From positions 45,446,001-45,510,000 of the forward strand of contig NC_043015.1 in NCBI RefSeq assembly GCF_006345805.1: DNA of 64,000 bases. Reading direction: 5' to 3'. Shown in pieces: positions 48,865 through 62,177 of this stretch. A model generated the notes under the pieces. That model saw only the letters and a program-made list of their open reading frames with translations. It ran no database searches and had not been told where the DNA came from. Position 1 is the first letter of the stretch. The number at the start of each line of letters is the position of its first letter. Both the position numbers and the translations under genes were made by a program. The stretch comes from Octopus sinensis (lineage: Eukaryota).

Positions 48865-49069
48865 CTATTTATCTATCGCGCGCACGCGGTTACTCAAAAG
48901 AAAGTCCCAGCGAATCGAGCCAACGACTTCGGTTCAAATCCAGTCTCTGGCTAATGGCCTTTAAAAAGGCATGAAAGCCATACAATCCATTCACTTATTA
49001 ACGGCAAGCTCTGGCCAAAAAGGCATCATTGTATACACATCATTGTATATAAATACTAAAGAGGAGAAC

Positions 49070-49320
49070 TAGGAGTTTCGTTACCGTGCCGAACAAAATG
49101 CTTAGCGATATTTCATCCGTGTTCTGTGTTCAAATTCCGCCGTGGTCTACTTTGCCTTTCATCCTTTCGGGGTCGATAAATTAAGTACCAGTTGAGTCCC
49201 GAGTCGAATTACTCGAGTAGCCCCATCCCCCAAAATTTCACGCCGTGTGCCTATAATAGAAATGTCCTTGTTTGTCCCCTCTGTGTTTAGCTAGCCCCTT
49301 GTGGGTAGTAAAGAAATATA
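49070..49320 (+). mobile_element. Rearranged SINE B-like copy
   Basis: B-box, GTCGATAAATTAAGTACC body and B tail with an intervening foreign segment. Confidence 0.7.
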
Positions 49321-49640
49321 TAATATTATTACACTAATAAGGATAAAAGTTACTTTATATAGACAGATAGTCAAACTATCCAGAGAGACCTTACGCGGTC
49401 ATTAGACTTGCTAAAAGTAGTAGCCGAATACTACTCACGGAACACCCTGCTGTTTCCGAAAAGAAAAGAAAAGACGGATACTAGTTATAGAAAAATAATG
49501 GAATAGCTTTAACCGGAACACCTTCGATCATCGATCTGCCCGACCAGAGCCAGCCTAGGGCTAAACTACATCTATAAATTAGTATACGTTTCTAACGTGA
49601 GTGCGTATGTGTCTCACTATATATACACACATATATATAT

Positions 49641-49789
49641 ATATTTCTTTATTGCCCACAAGGGGTTAAACATAGAGAGGACAAACAAGGACAGACAAAG
49701 GGATTAAGTCGATGACATCGACCCCAGTGCGAAACTGGTACTTTTATTTATCGATCCCGAAAGGATGAAAGGCAAAATCGACCTCGGCG
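49641..49789 (-). mobile_element. SINE B 3' part
   Basis: Reverse-complement match. Confidence 0.85.
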
Positions 49790-49842
<53 letters not shown>

Positions 49843-50424
49843 ATACATATATATATAATGCGAAATAATTCCCTTGGGGGGGGCGGTGCATCTCGAAGCA
49901 AATAAAGCAATAATATAGAACCTCGGTCAAGTTTAGAGGGAATGTGGGTTCGTGTCCCACAGACAGCCCTTTGACTTTTTCTGTCCAAAGGGTTTATATC
50001 TTAACCCAATATATTAAACACGCTATTATTTATATCTATATTTGTTTTGAGACACGCTCAAACATTATATACATATGAACTTATGTGTATATAGACAGTA
50101 CCATGAGGTACAATGAGCAGCAGATATTGTATCAGATAGATTGTAAAGAAACTTGAAGATTTCTGTGATCTGTAATAGTTCGATTGATTATTCGTGCTAC
50201 ACCCATCACCACACCACTTCACGAGAATCAATAGTGATGGATTAAACTATATTGTTGTTTAGCCCCAGGTCAGTTGTGATCGATCGGTCAGTGCTATGAT
50301 CAAAGAATCCCAGTTGTGTGACCATTGCGTCTCTCGTTTTCAACGTGTATTTTTGGACCGCATTATTAAATGTGTTCTTCTCGTTCTTTCAAAAATACAA
50401 AGAAAGAACAATATAAGAACAATA

Positions 50425-50583
50425 GGCGCAGGAGTGGCTGTGTGGTAAGTAGCTTGCTTACCAACATGGTTCCGGGTTCAGTCCCACTGCGTGGCATCTT
50501 GGGCAAGTGTCTTCTGCTATAGCCCCGAGCCGACCAATGCCTTATGAGTGGATTTGGTAGACGGAAACTGAAAGAAGCCTGTC

Positions 50584-50624
<41 letters not shown>

Positions 50625-50841
50625 GGTTTGTGTGTCTGTGTTTGTCCCCCTAGCATTGCTTGACAACCGATGCTGGTGTGTTTACGTCCCCGTCACTTAG
50701 CGGTTCGGCAAAAGCGACCGATAGAATAAGTACTGGGCTTACAAAAAGAATAAGTCCCGGGGGTCGATTTGCTCGACTAAAGGCGGTGCTCCGGCATGGC
50801 CGCAGTCAAATGACTGAAACAAGTAAAAGAGTTAAAGAGTA
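50425..50841 (+). mobile_element. SINE family A, full length
   Basis: Head-to-tail match. Confidence 0.92.
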
Positions 50842-51539
50842 ATATATTTTTTTGCGAGGACGGTTTTGGTTGTTATTTCTCGCAGGTCCAGTAGCCGTTA
50901 TACATAGAACAATCCTCGTTGGCAGGTTTTTAGTATGTGTGAATTTACTGCTGTCCGTTGATAATGTCCACTCTGCCGCCTCCGACTTTCTAACAAATTG
51001 GCATAGTGCCTGGTCATTTTGTGTGTGTGTGTATGTGTGCTATTACATTAATATACAATAGCATTCATTTACTTACTACCACTACTACTATTGGTAGGTT
51101 AACAGACAAGAATAGTGCGTTGGTATATAATAGTATGTGTGTATGTTACCTACATTACGAAGCTAGTTTGGTAAGTGAATGAAGAACAAGCTAATGCTAT
51201 CCACACATCCGAAACAAATCGGTGTGTGAGTGTGTGGTATGTATATATGTGTGTATATATATATATATTATATTTGGATGTGTGTATGTGCACGCGCTAT
51301 TTATAAAGCAAAGCATTTGTTTAGTGGATCAAGCATTAGACATTCAAGTTGGGTAATTTTCACATAGGTTGTCCTGTTAGTAATGCTTGTACTGTTCGCT
51401 GTCAGGCTTATGGATGGGACACATGGGTATATCTACGATCGTGAAGCCCGACCGACGAGAGAGAGAGATGAAAATATTTAGGAAAGATAAATAGATCGAT
51501 ACAGATAGGTAGATGGAGCGCACCTCATTTCTAGCACAT

Positions 51540-51675
51540 AGATAGATATAGATAGATAGATGGATGGATGGATATAGATAGATAGACAGATGGATAGATA
51601 GAGATTGATAGATAGATATAGATAGATAGACAGATGGATAGATATAGATAGATAGAGGTAGATAGATAGATAGAG

Positions 51676-51707
<32 letters not shown>

Positions 51708-51808
51708 GATAGATAGATAGATAGATAGATAGAAGATAGACAGATGGATAGATAGATAGATAGAAGATAGATAGATAGACAGACAGATAGATAGATAGAT
51801 AGATAGAG

Positions 51809-51860
<52 letters not shown>

Positions 51861-51943
51861 GGATGTAGATAGATAGACAGATGGATGTAGATAGATAGAA
51901 AGAAAGAAAGATAGAGGTAGATAGATAGATAGAAAGAAAGAGG

Positions 51944-52031
<88 letters not shown>

Positions 52032-52050
52032 CAGACAGATAGACAGATAA
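51540..52050. repeat. (GATA)n microsatellite
   Basis: About 500 bp of interrupted (GATA)n. Confidence 0.95.
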
Positions 52051-52587
52051 TGTATGTGCGAGTGTGTTAAAAATAAACATACTTATGATAAAAATAAGCA
52101 TACAAATGAGGATGAATGGGAAAGACAGAGAGAGAGAAAGAGAGTACTCTTCCCGTCCTGAAAATAAAACATGCTGGAAAGTTAAGTTCATTGAGAAACA
52201 GAACCGTTCGGTACACAGCAGCACCCGTCTGTTGGTGTGTGTGTGCACAAAACCCAAACACCCGTCTGTTAGTGTTTGTATTCACAAAAACACGATTGTA
52301 TGAAGAGTGAAAGAAAGAGAGACTAGCTTTGCAGTGAACAAGAGGAAGATTTTTTTTGCCTGTTCGAAAATAAAGCGAGCCCTTTTTTTTTTCCTTCATC
52401 TCCGCCCCCACACCCTTACAAGATTCTAAGGGAGTTGCTGTAGAAAAAGAAAAAAAAGCAGTCGTTCACACACATAAATATATACATTTTTGTTTTATTT
52501 GCTTTATATCTTCGAACCAGAAGACATACATTACATACATTGAAGTTTGTTTTGTATTTTTTTTTACCCAACTTATTGAAGCCATAT

Positions 52588-53110
52588 GCATGTATGTATG
52601 TACGTACGTACGTATGTATTATGTACGTACGTATGTATTATGTATGTACGTACGTATGTATTATGTATGTACGTACGTATGTATGTATTATGTACGTACG
52701 TATGTATGTATTACGTACGTACGTATGTATTATGTACGTACGTACGTATGTATTATGTACGTACGTACGTATGTATTATGTACGTACGTATGTATGTATG
52801 TATTACGTACGTATGTATGTATGTATTATGTACGTACGTACGTATGTATTATGTATGTACGTATGTATGTATTATGTATGTACTTACGTATGTATGTATT
52901 ATGTACGTACGTATGTATGTATGTATTTATTACGTACGTATGTATGTATGTATTATGTACGTACGTACGTATGTATTATGTATGTACGTACGTATGCATG
53001 TATTATGTATGTACGTACGTATGTATTATGTATGTACGTACGTATGTATGTATGTACGTATGTATGTATAAACGCATGCACGTACGTATATATGCATGTA
53101 TGTATGTGTT
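52588..53110. repeat. (TACG)/(TATG) compound satellite
   Basis: ATGTACGTACGTATGTATT-type units. Confidence 0.95.
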
Positions 53111-54103
53111 GGACATATGTATGTACATGCGTGAGTGGTGCGTGTATGCACTATGGGAGAAATATAAATGTCTGAGGAGATACGTGTTGTTCGCACGTCT
53201 CTTCATGAACTTTAGAAGGCTTCCCTTCCTTGTAAGCAAAGCTAAAATTGGGTCTTTTCAAAAGCGTGTGTTAAAAAAATAAGCTAATTTCTAACATACT
53301 AGTTTGTAACAAGGGCCCGCCTGCCTTTCTTCCTAACTATTTGCAAAAGTAACTGTTATAGCGCTAGTAATTTAATCGTAACTAACTACAGGTGCATTAA
53401 TAACTGAATTAAAATAATAATAATACACAGTATGACAGTGTTAAGGATCTACTCGGTTAATGGGTGTGTGTTCCATTTTTGTTTGACAGTGAAATATGGC
53501 ATCGACATACAAACAAACAATCATAAGTTATTTATAAATGTTAGGAGATGGTTTTAAGTGTGTTTGTGTGGCGTGAAATTCAAACTGTGAACATGTTCAG
53601 CTGATTTTTATGTATGGGACTTGAAAGAGAATTGCCTTGGCACATGTGTTAGTAATTCCGTGAGGTTCTGGTTCTACGTGTGTGTCAATTTCGTATGTAC
53701 GTGCACGCGCGATGCTAGCGTGTGTATACTATATACATACATGGATGTGTGTATACACGCATGTGGGTGGAGCAGTCGATTGGTAGAGTCGTCAGAGCGC
53801 TGAATACAATGCGCTGTAATAATTGTTCCGGTTTTCAAGGCTATAAGTTCAAATCCCACTGGGGTCGCTAAATAAATTTTAAAACATAAGCTCGGTACTG
53901 GGGCAGCACCTCCTCACCCTCAGCTGACAAACACTCGATGTTCTGCTGGATCAAGTATTTTGAAAATGATTTAGCAGCCTTAATTCCTTGCATGTCGAGA
54001 GATCGCGTAAAGGCTTCTTTCTCACTGGCTCCCGAACACCAGGAGAGTCACTATTGCGTTCTGATCGAGTCCGCCTTGGATCACCTCCGCTATGGTCACC
54101 ACC

Positions 54104-54284
54104 AACGTTAGCACACCGGACGAAATGCTTAGTACTATTTCGTCTGTCTTTACGTTCTGAGTTCAAATTCTACAGAAGTCGACTTTGCCTTTCATCCTTT
54201 CGGGGTCGATATAATCGGCTTAATCCGTTTGTCTGTCCTTGTTTGTCCCCTCTGAGTGTAGCCCTTTGTGAGCAGTGAAGAAAT
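54104..54284 (+). mobile_element. SINE B, 5'-truncated with internal deletion
   Basis: Family B match. Confidence 0.8.
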
Positions 54285-55013
54285 AAGAATCTACAGGCTT
54301 ACAAAGTAGACGAGAGAGAGAGCGTGTGTGTGTATGTGTGTCGTATGTCCAAACTGTCGCGCTGACCCCTATACGTTTCACCACTGTATGTAGGGGAGGA
54401 CCGCATAGCCCCTTAGCTGGGAAATCTACGAGTCGGGGCTTCGTCGACAATATCCATGCCATAGAACGATTCAGTCACTACTGACCTTGAGTTACCACAA
54501 TATTAGCTAGCCACTGAATACCAAAGCATTCGCTCTATAGCAAAACCATGCCATTTCTTAACACTTAGTTGTTGGGGTTTTTCATTGATTTTTTTTTCTT
54601 AATTACGCTTTCGTGCAAAATGTTAAAACAAGTCGTACCATAGTTTATTCATGTATCTAAGTCTTTCGGCGAACAGCTCTGATCGAACAGATTTTATCAA
54701 AAACTTCCCACTTGTTCGTGACCATCCTGCCTTCCACCTTTTCCTTTTTGTTTTATTTTCAGACAGTGTATCTAACACTACACCACCCACTATGACCCTT
54801 TTGGTACTTTCCTATTATCGACAAGGAAAAGGGGCGAGAAATTGGGTGATTGTTTGTTTGTTTCCTTCTGTGACGAAAACTTTATATCCAAACCATTATA
54901 AGTTTTTTTTACATTTTTTGCTTTCCAATTCCGTGTCCGTTTTTCGGTAAATTTTTACTGGTACTTTTCTCCACGAGATAGTTAGTGATAGCTATTCTGG
55001 AAGCTCGCTAACC

Positions 55014-55345
55014 AACTGTTACACTCGTATCGTGAGTGAAATGGTTTATTACTAATCTTTTAGTAAATATAAAATCGACTGTCCATAAGAAAGTACCAGT
55101 TTTTTTTTAAGGTAATAGAGGATAACCTCAAATGAGATTTGGCTGCTACTTCTAGCAGGTCAAAGGACCGTCTAGAGCAGCGGTTCCCAAACTGTTACAC
55201 TCGTATCGTGAGTGAAATGGTTTATTACTAATCTTTTAGTAAATATAAAATCGCCTGTCGATAAGGTAATAGAGGATAACCTCAAATGAGATTTGGCTGC
55301 TACTTCTAGCAGGTCAAAGGACCGTCTAGGGCAGCGGTTACCAAA
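55014..55345. repeat. Local tandem duplication (176/156 bp) ending in a hAT-like left terminus
   Basis: AACTGTTACACTCG at 55014 and 55190; GTCTAGAG|CAGCGGTTCCCAAA at 55178 and GTCTAGGG|CAGCGGTTACCAAA at 55332. Confidence 0.85.
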
Positions 55346-56311
55346 ATTGTGTCCGCAGAATTTCTGGGAACTCACACAGGGTTGTACTGGAGGTCCGTGA
55401 GTCGTGTCCTAAAAAGCTGCAGTGTAAAAATGTGTAATTACTAAGTGACATGTACTGTTCAATAGAGAGGTGACACTAGGTGGACGAGTCTGTTGTTAGT
55501 TAATAAAAAATCAACTTATTGAATAAGCCAGACCGTTCCAAAAAAAAAAAAAAAAAGCCTACGTGTGGGAAAATTCATTTAAATGAAAATATTCTTCGTG
55601 GTGAAAAAGATTGGTTCCACGATTGTAGAACTTCACTGGATTGGCTCAATTTTAATTTTGGTTTTCGTTGTGAGGTATCCGTCCTCTTAACTTTCCCCCA
55701 TTCACATCAAACCAACTATTAATTACACTTGTAATGCTAGCTTCAATCACAGGTGTTTATTGCGTCACCTTAATAGATCTTATCTGCTATCTTCGGAGAA
55801 TCAACTTAATAGCCTTTGACCTTACAAATTCATGGCTACTTGAGCGCTTCTTTATCTTCCAAGTTCATCCCGTGCATCTTAGAGTACTGATACTCTGTCA
55901 GCTTGCCAAAAACTACAAGTATCTTTTGTAAACATATTGGTTTTGAGTTCGTTTTTGTTTGTTTTTTAATTATGTACGTACGTGCACGTATATTTTATAC
56001 GGACGTTAATATGAAATACCAACGGGGAGTAAGAAGACAACACGAATGATTCGGGAATCTAAAAGCTCTCCTTCATTTCATCACCCTTGATACATCTAAC
56101 CCCCGATAGACTTCACACTAACATCTACGTCCAAGATCCTCATTCTCAAAGCGTCAGGTCTTAGAATTTTCTTCCAGCCCATGTCTGTCGTCCAGGTGCT
56201 GACTTGCAAACGGTTTAAGCAGAGCATTAAAGGCGTGCAAAAAGCCATGGGCAATGCTCACTTTCTCCAGACCCAGCAATAAAAAAAAATAATAACAATA
56301 ATAATAATATA

Positions 56312-56699
56312 GGCGCAAGAGTGGCTGTGTGGCAAGTAGCTTGCTAACCAACCACATGGTTCCGGGTTCAGTCCCAGTGCGTGGCATCTTGGGCAAGAGT
56401 CTTCTGCTATAGCCTCGGGCCGACCAAAGCCTTGTGAGTGGATTTGGTAGACGGAAACTGGAAGAAGCCTGTTGTATATATGTATGTGTGTGTGTGTGTG
56501 TGTGTATATGTTTGTCCCTCTAGCATTGCTTGACAACTGATGCTGGTGTGTTTACGTCCCCGTAACTTAGCGGGTCGGCAAAAGAGACCGATAGAATAAG
56601 TACTGGGCTTACAAAGAATAAGTCCCGGGGTCGATTTGCTCGACTAAAGGCGGTGCTCCAACATGGCCGCAGTCAAATGACTGAAACAAGTAAAAGAGA
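56312..56699 (+). mobile_element. SINE family A in (TAA)n
   Basis: Head-to-tail match. Confidence 0.92.
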
Positions 56700-57012
56700 A
56701 TAATAATAATAATAAAAATAATAATAATAATAATCATTCCAAATTTTTTCCACAAGGGCAGCTCGGGGGAGGTGGGAACGAGTCAATTACATCAACTCCA
56801 GTACTCAGCTGGCACTTAATTTATCGACCCTGAAAGGATGAAAGGCAAAGTCAACCTCACCAGAATTTGAACACAGATTGTGCCGCTAAGTATTTTGTCC
56901 AGCATGCTAACACTTCTGCCAGCTTGCTACCTTAATTGGAATCTCACCGAAATTACCCTTTACTATATTCCTCATTCCATTTCTTCATTATCTTGCAGCA
57001 ACACATATAAAG

Positions 57013-57245
57013 TGAAGACACATGACTTAGTAATTTAGGGAGTTGTGTTCACAGTTGTGGTTTCAATTCCTGAGGCAGGCAGTGCATTGTATTCTTGAGC
57101 AAAACACTCCATTTTATATTGATCCTGTCCACTCAGCCATAAATGAGTTAAGCAACTGCGAAGAAGTCAACCCTGTGACGATGGATCCCATTCAGTGGGG
57201 CAGGATTCTTGTAATAGATTGACCGGGTCATTATTCCTAACTAGT
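57013..57245 (+). mobile_element. Old SINE family I-like copy
   Basis: GTTTCAATTCC B-box, TTCTTGAGCAAAACACT...CCACTCAGC. Confidence 0.55.
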
Positions 57246-57359
57246 GGGGTCTTCATCATCATATAACATCCACCTTCCATGCTGGCATGGGTTGGACAGT
57301 TTGAGTGGACCCAACTAACCAGAAGGCTGGCTGTGTTGACTGTAAAACTTAGACATTAA

Positions 57360-57579
57360 CCCTTTTGTTACCAACCCGGCTGAAACCAGCTCTGGCTCTG
57401 AGTATAAATGTCTTGTTTTCATAAGTGTTTAATTAAAATCTTCCACCAAACCTAAGTCACCATTTATGTTCCTAACACTAGCTGAATGATAACCAAGTTA
57501 TTTTACTAAATTATTTGTTATATTTAAAGTAATTGAGAGAAACACAGAGCATCTCAAAATAAATACAGTAATGAAAGGG
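57360..57579 (+). mobile_element. piggyBac-type MITE (third family), complete
   Basis: TTAA-CCCTTTTG...TGAAAGGG-TTAA (57356-57359, 57580-57583). Confidence 0.8.
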
Positions 57580-57860
57580 TTAAACTCAAAACATGTTAAG
57601 AATTAGTTGGGGCACTTCCGGCATAAGTGTCTTTGACAAATTTTGCCTTTATTTACAAGAGACTATATGAGTGACATGAAAGTTATGAAGATGGTAAATG
57701 CTGTGAGTAAAGAAGCTCTCTTGCAATGTAGCAGACTGAAAAGGCAGGCCATGTAGTTTGTGTAGAAGATGGAAGAATTTCAGAGCTTTTACTCTTTGGA
57801 GAACTATGTTTTGGAAAGGACTCCTCACAAACTAAAGTTAAGCAACAAAGTCTGCCTTAA

Positions 57861-57980
57861 CCCTTTCATTACTATATTTATTTTGAGATGATCTGTGTTT
57901 TTTTCTATTACTTTAACTATAACAAAGAATTTAGTAAATTAACTTAGTTATCATTCAGCTAGTGTTAGGAACATAAATTG
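57861..57980 (-). mobile_element. Partial inverted copy of the same piggyBac MITE
   Basis: TTAA-CCCTTTCATTACT...CAGCTAGTGTTAGGAACATAAAT is the reverse complement of about 57460-57579. Confidence 0.8.
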
Positions 57981-58321
57981 TTTAACTCTGTTTTTTATAT
58001 ATCAAGTTTATTGTCAACTCTTTGTCAAGGTCTTTGGAGGTATTTACGCCTCAGATTAGACTGGGTCAGAATGTGTTGCATTCAATACATCTAAGTTTGA
58101 ATAGTATATACATTCACACACACATATGTTTGTAACTATGTGTGTGCATGCATATATATATACACATACATATTCATCATTATACTTATATACATATACA
58201 AACATACATATACATATATACATGCTTACAAACACACGTTATACCTAAACTTTATATATATATATATATATACACACACACATATATATACATATACATA
58301 TACATATACATATATATATAT

Positions 58322-58356
<35 letters not shown>

Positions 58357-58687
58357 TACATACAGACACATATATATATGTATACACATATATTCTTTAA
58401 CCATACACACAAACACAAGCAAAGATACCCAGCATTACCCAGGCACCGAATATAGATTTTGTGTTTAAATTTTAATGGCTGAACATTTAGCATATTTTTA
58501 TGTAATACTTTTTGTATGTACTTATGTCTGAACTTCTCTATTGTAATACAGATACATGCCTAGTCGAATTTTCCAAGTTTTCTATGAAGTGTAAACCTCT
58601 TGAGACTATGATTATTGATAATTTTAATTTTGTCATTTAAGAATATACTATCTTCGTGTTTTTTTTACTTCGTATATATTCTTGTGT

Positions 58688-58996
58688 GGAGGCGCAATGG
58701 CCCAGTGGTTAGGGCAGCGGACTCACGGTCGTAGGATCGCGGTTTCGATTCCCAGACCAGGCGTTGTGAGTGTTTACTGAGCGAAAACACTTAAAGCTCC
58801 ACAAGGCTCCGGCAGGGGATGGTGGCGATCCCTGCTGTACTCTTTCACCACAACTTTCTCTCTCTTTCTTCTGTTGGCCTGCTCGCTTAGCCAGCGGGGT
58901 GGCGTCATTTGAAGGCTAAAACAATGCGATGCGCATTGTGACCAGCGATGTGTAGCAACATCTGATAGCCTGGTCGATCACGGTGATCACAGTGAT
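58688..58996 (+). mobile_element. tRNA(Arg)-like SINE family D, full length
   Basis: TGGCCCAGTGG A-box, GTTTCGATTCC B-box; near-identical copy at 62716. Confidence 0.9.
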
Positions 58997-59264
58997 ATAT
59001 TCTTATAATTTCAGATTGCTCATTACTAGTATCATTTTAATGTCCAGTTTTACCATGCTTGGACAGAATTTATCTATTTTCGGCAGATTTTCTACAGCCT
59101 GATGCCCTTCTTGTTGCCAACGCTTGCTTGTTTCCGAGTAAAGTAATATTTCCCCATGGCCTGACATGTTTTACATAGAAAAACTGCAAAGGAATGACCA
59201 CACTTGTATGATGATAACACTCATTTACAACTATCATGTAATGTCTAGACAAATGGACACACAG

Positions 59265-59310
<46 letters not shown>

Positions 59311-59365
59311 GTAAAGACTTCTTTCCGTCATGAATGACCATGAGATTGCACCAGGAAAGTTACCA

Positions 59366-59596
59366 TATTTCTTTACTACCCACAAGGGGCTAAACACAGA
59401 GGGGACAAACAAGGACAGACATAGGTATTAAGTTGATTACATCGACCCCAGTGCATGACTGGTACTTAATTTATCGACTCCGAAGGGATGAAAGGCAAAG
59501 TCGACCTCGGCGGAATTTGAACTCACAACGTAACGGTAGACGAAATACCGCTAAGCATTTTGCCCACTGTGCCAACGTTTCTGCCAGCTCACTGCC
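59366..59596 (-). mobile_element. SINE family B, full length
   Basis: Reverse-complement match. Confidence 0.9.
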
Positions 59597-59712
59597 TTGC
59601 GGCCAATTCTGTACGTATAGGTTTGTTTGCATTGCGTGCGTTTGCAAGCATGTGTATGCATATATGTATGTAGGTATATATGTATGTAGGTATATATGTA
59701 TGTATATACCTT

Positions 59713-59995
59713 TCAAGGCACAAGTCTGGGCAAGGTTGTTTATGGAAGACCAGCAGTCGCCCATGCATACCAGCCTCCCCTCTCCATGCCACTAATGTTA
59801 TCCAAGGGAAAGGCAAAGGACGATAAGGCTTGGCACCAGTGACATCGCAATTCATTTCTACAGTTGAGTGAACTGGAGCAACGTGAAATAAAGTGTCTTG
59901 CTCAAGAACACAACACAAAGCCCAGTCCAAGAATCGAGCCCACTACCTCATGATTGTGAGCCCGATGCTCTAACCACTGAGCCATGCACCTTCAC
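59713..59995 (-). mobile_element. SINE family I-like
   Basis: Minus head GTGCATGGCTCAGTGGTTAGAGC...CTCGATTC, GTGTTCTTGAGCAAGACACTTT. Confidence 0.75.
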
Positions 59996-60374
59996 AGGAG
60001 TGGCTGTGTAATAAGAAGCTTGCTTCCCAACCATATGGTTCCGGGTTCAGTCCCACTGCATTGCACCTTGGGCAAGTACCTTCTACTATAACCTCGGGCC
60101 AACCAAAGACTTGTGAGTGGATTTGGTAGACAGAAATTGAAAGAAGCCTGTTGTATATATGTGCGTGTGTGTGTGTGTGTGTGTGTTAGCCCCCCACCAT
60201 CATCACCTGACAACCGATGTTGGTGTGTTTACAACCCCATGACTTAGCGGTTTGGCAAAAGAGACCAATAGAATAAGTACTAGTCTTACAAAGAATAAGT
60301 CTTGGGGTCGATTTCTTCAACTAAAGGTGGTGCTCCAGCATGGCTGCAATCAAATGACTGAAACAAATAAAATG
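59996..60374 (+). mobile_element. SINE family A
   Basis: Head-to-head with the family I copy. Confidence 0.85.
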
Positions 60375-60973
60375 AAAAAAAAAAAAGGAAAAATGATACA
60401 CACACACAATGGATATCCTTCAGTGTCTGTCTAACAAATCTATTGACAAGGTTTTGGTCAGCCTGCAGTTATGATAGAAGACCCTTTCCCAAGGTGTCAC
60501 ACAGTGGGACTAAACCCAAGACTATATGAACAGTAACCAAACTCATTAAGCACACAGCCATACCTGTATCTAATGTAAACATCTCCTTTGGTGCAACCAG
60601 TCATAAAGGTGGCTATGCCACACGAAGCATATTACATAGGGATACATGCCTCCATGCTAAAAGTATATTTATTTCTCTCTAGAATTATTTATGAAGGAAA
60701 CAGATACAACCTGGAATGATGATATTTATATTTCACTGATGAGGTCTGATAAGGCTCAAACATATCTGTAGCAGTTATTTCGCCTGCTAACAAAGATCAG
60801 CATTTTACTTGAAGCATTATCATCGTTGAATATCGATGTTCCATGCTGGCACGGGCTGGGCGGTTTGAGAGGATTTGATAGGTCCAAGAACCGATGGCGT
60901 TATACTCCAGGGTCTATTTTGGCATAGTTTCTACAGCTAGATGACCTCCCTAATGCCAAACACTTCACAGCAT

Positions 60974-61373
60974 GGAGTGGCTGTGTGGTAAGTAGCTTGC
61001 TTACCAACCACATGGTTCCGGGTTCAGTCCCACTGCGTGACATCTTGGGCAAGTGTCTTCTGCTATAGCCTCGGACCGACCAATGCCTTGTGAGTGGATT
61101 TGGTGGACGGAAACTGAAAGAAGCCTGTCGTATATATGTATATATATATATGTATGTGTGTGTATGTTTGTGTGTCTGTGTTTGTCCCCCTAGCATTGCT
61201 TGACAACCGATGCTGGTGTGTTTACATCCCCGTCACCTAGCAGTTCAGCAAAAGAGACCGATAGAATAAGTACTAGGCTTACAAAGAATAAGTCCCGGGG
61301 TCAATTTGCTCGACTAAAGGCGGTGCTCCAGCATGGCCGCAGTCAAATGACTGAAACAAGTAAAAGAGAGAGT
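60974..61373 (+). mobile_element. SINE family A next to a family C remnant (about 60830-60970, -)
   Basis: Family matches. Confidence 0.88.
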
Positions 61374-62177
61374 GTATTCGTTTTTTTTTCTTTTGATCTC
61401 AACCCTAATGAAATTGCCATGCAGCTTTTACAACTACAAATACTCAAGTGTAGGGGAAGGGGTCAACTTTATGCTAGGAGACGAGAGGTGAAAAAGCAGA
61501 GAGAAGTGGGGGGGAAGAGCTGTCTCTTGTTACAGACGAGCCACAAGAGCCTGCTCTTGTAGCTTCTCTACATTTAAAAGAGAGAGGTTGAGAAATATCA
61601 AGAGGAACTGCAGAAAAATAAGTACTAATGATGAGGTGTCCAGATGTCCCTTCAAGGTATGAGGTGAGTAGAGCAAACAGAGGAACAAGGAGTATGGATG
61701 GATGGGTGCTGGTCTGCAAGAGTGTATGGAACAAGAGAGATGGGGAGGAGGAATGATGAAGGGGTGGATGTATCCAACAACTGTAAAAACTGAGTAGAAT
61801 TGAAGGGTGGATACAGGGTATGGTAAATAAACAGGAAATATAAATTTTCTCTGAAACGTATTCCTAATTTCTTGAACGTATCTTACCTTTTTTTTTTTTT
61901 GTGAGAGTTGCAAGCAAACTGCCAGTAGGTATTTTTCAGATTTCCTACTAGAGACAAATTTCAATTCATTTTTGTGTATGTCATTAAGTACATGATTTGC
62001 CTACCTGGGATGGTTTGAGGCACAGCGAGAAGTTCAGCCATATCAATTTTGCATACTATCTGAGAGAGAGATATAGATACATGCTGAGCATAGATATCTA
62101 TAGGGATTTTAGTTAGCTGTAATCTCCCTCGCTTACACATTTTCTACAGATCTATGTGTGTACATGTGTGTGTATAT

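Noticed and set aside
51478-53282. Long LSIY- and YVCM-repeat ORFs
   Set aside because: Stop-free frames of the (GATA)n and (TACG/TATG)n satellites.
60736-60765. CTGATGA-GGTCT(gata)AGGCT-CAAAC hammerhead-like motif
   Set aside because: Catalytic G of GAAA is replaced by C, stem II is weak, and there is no stem I.
61474-61964. Possible degenerate CR1/L2 LINE 3' end (also about 20940-21160; RTE-like at about 63050-63270)
   Set aside because: Only vague motif resemblance; would need an HMM search to support.
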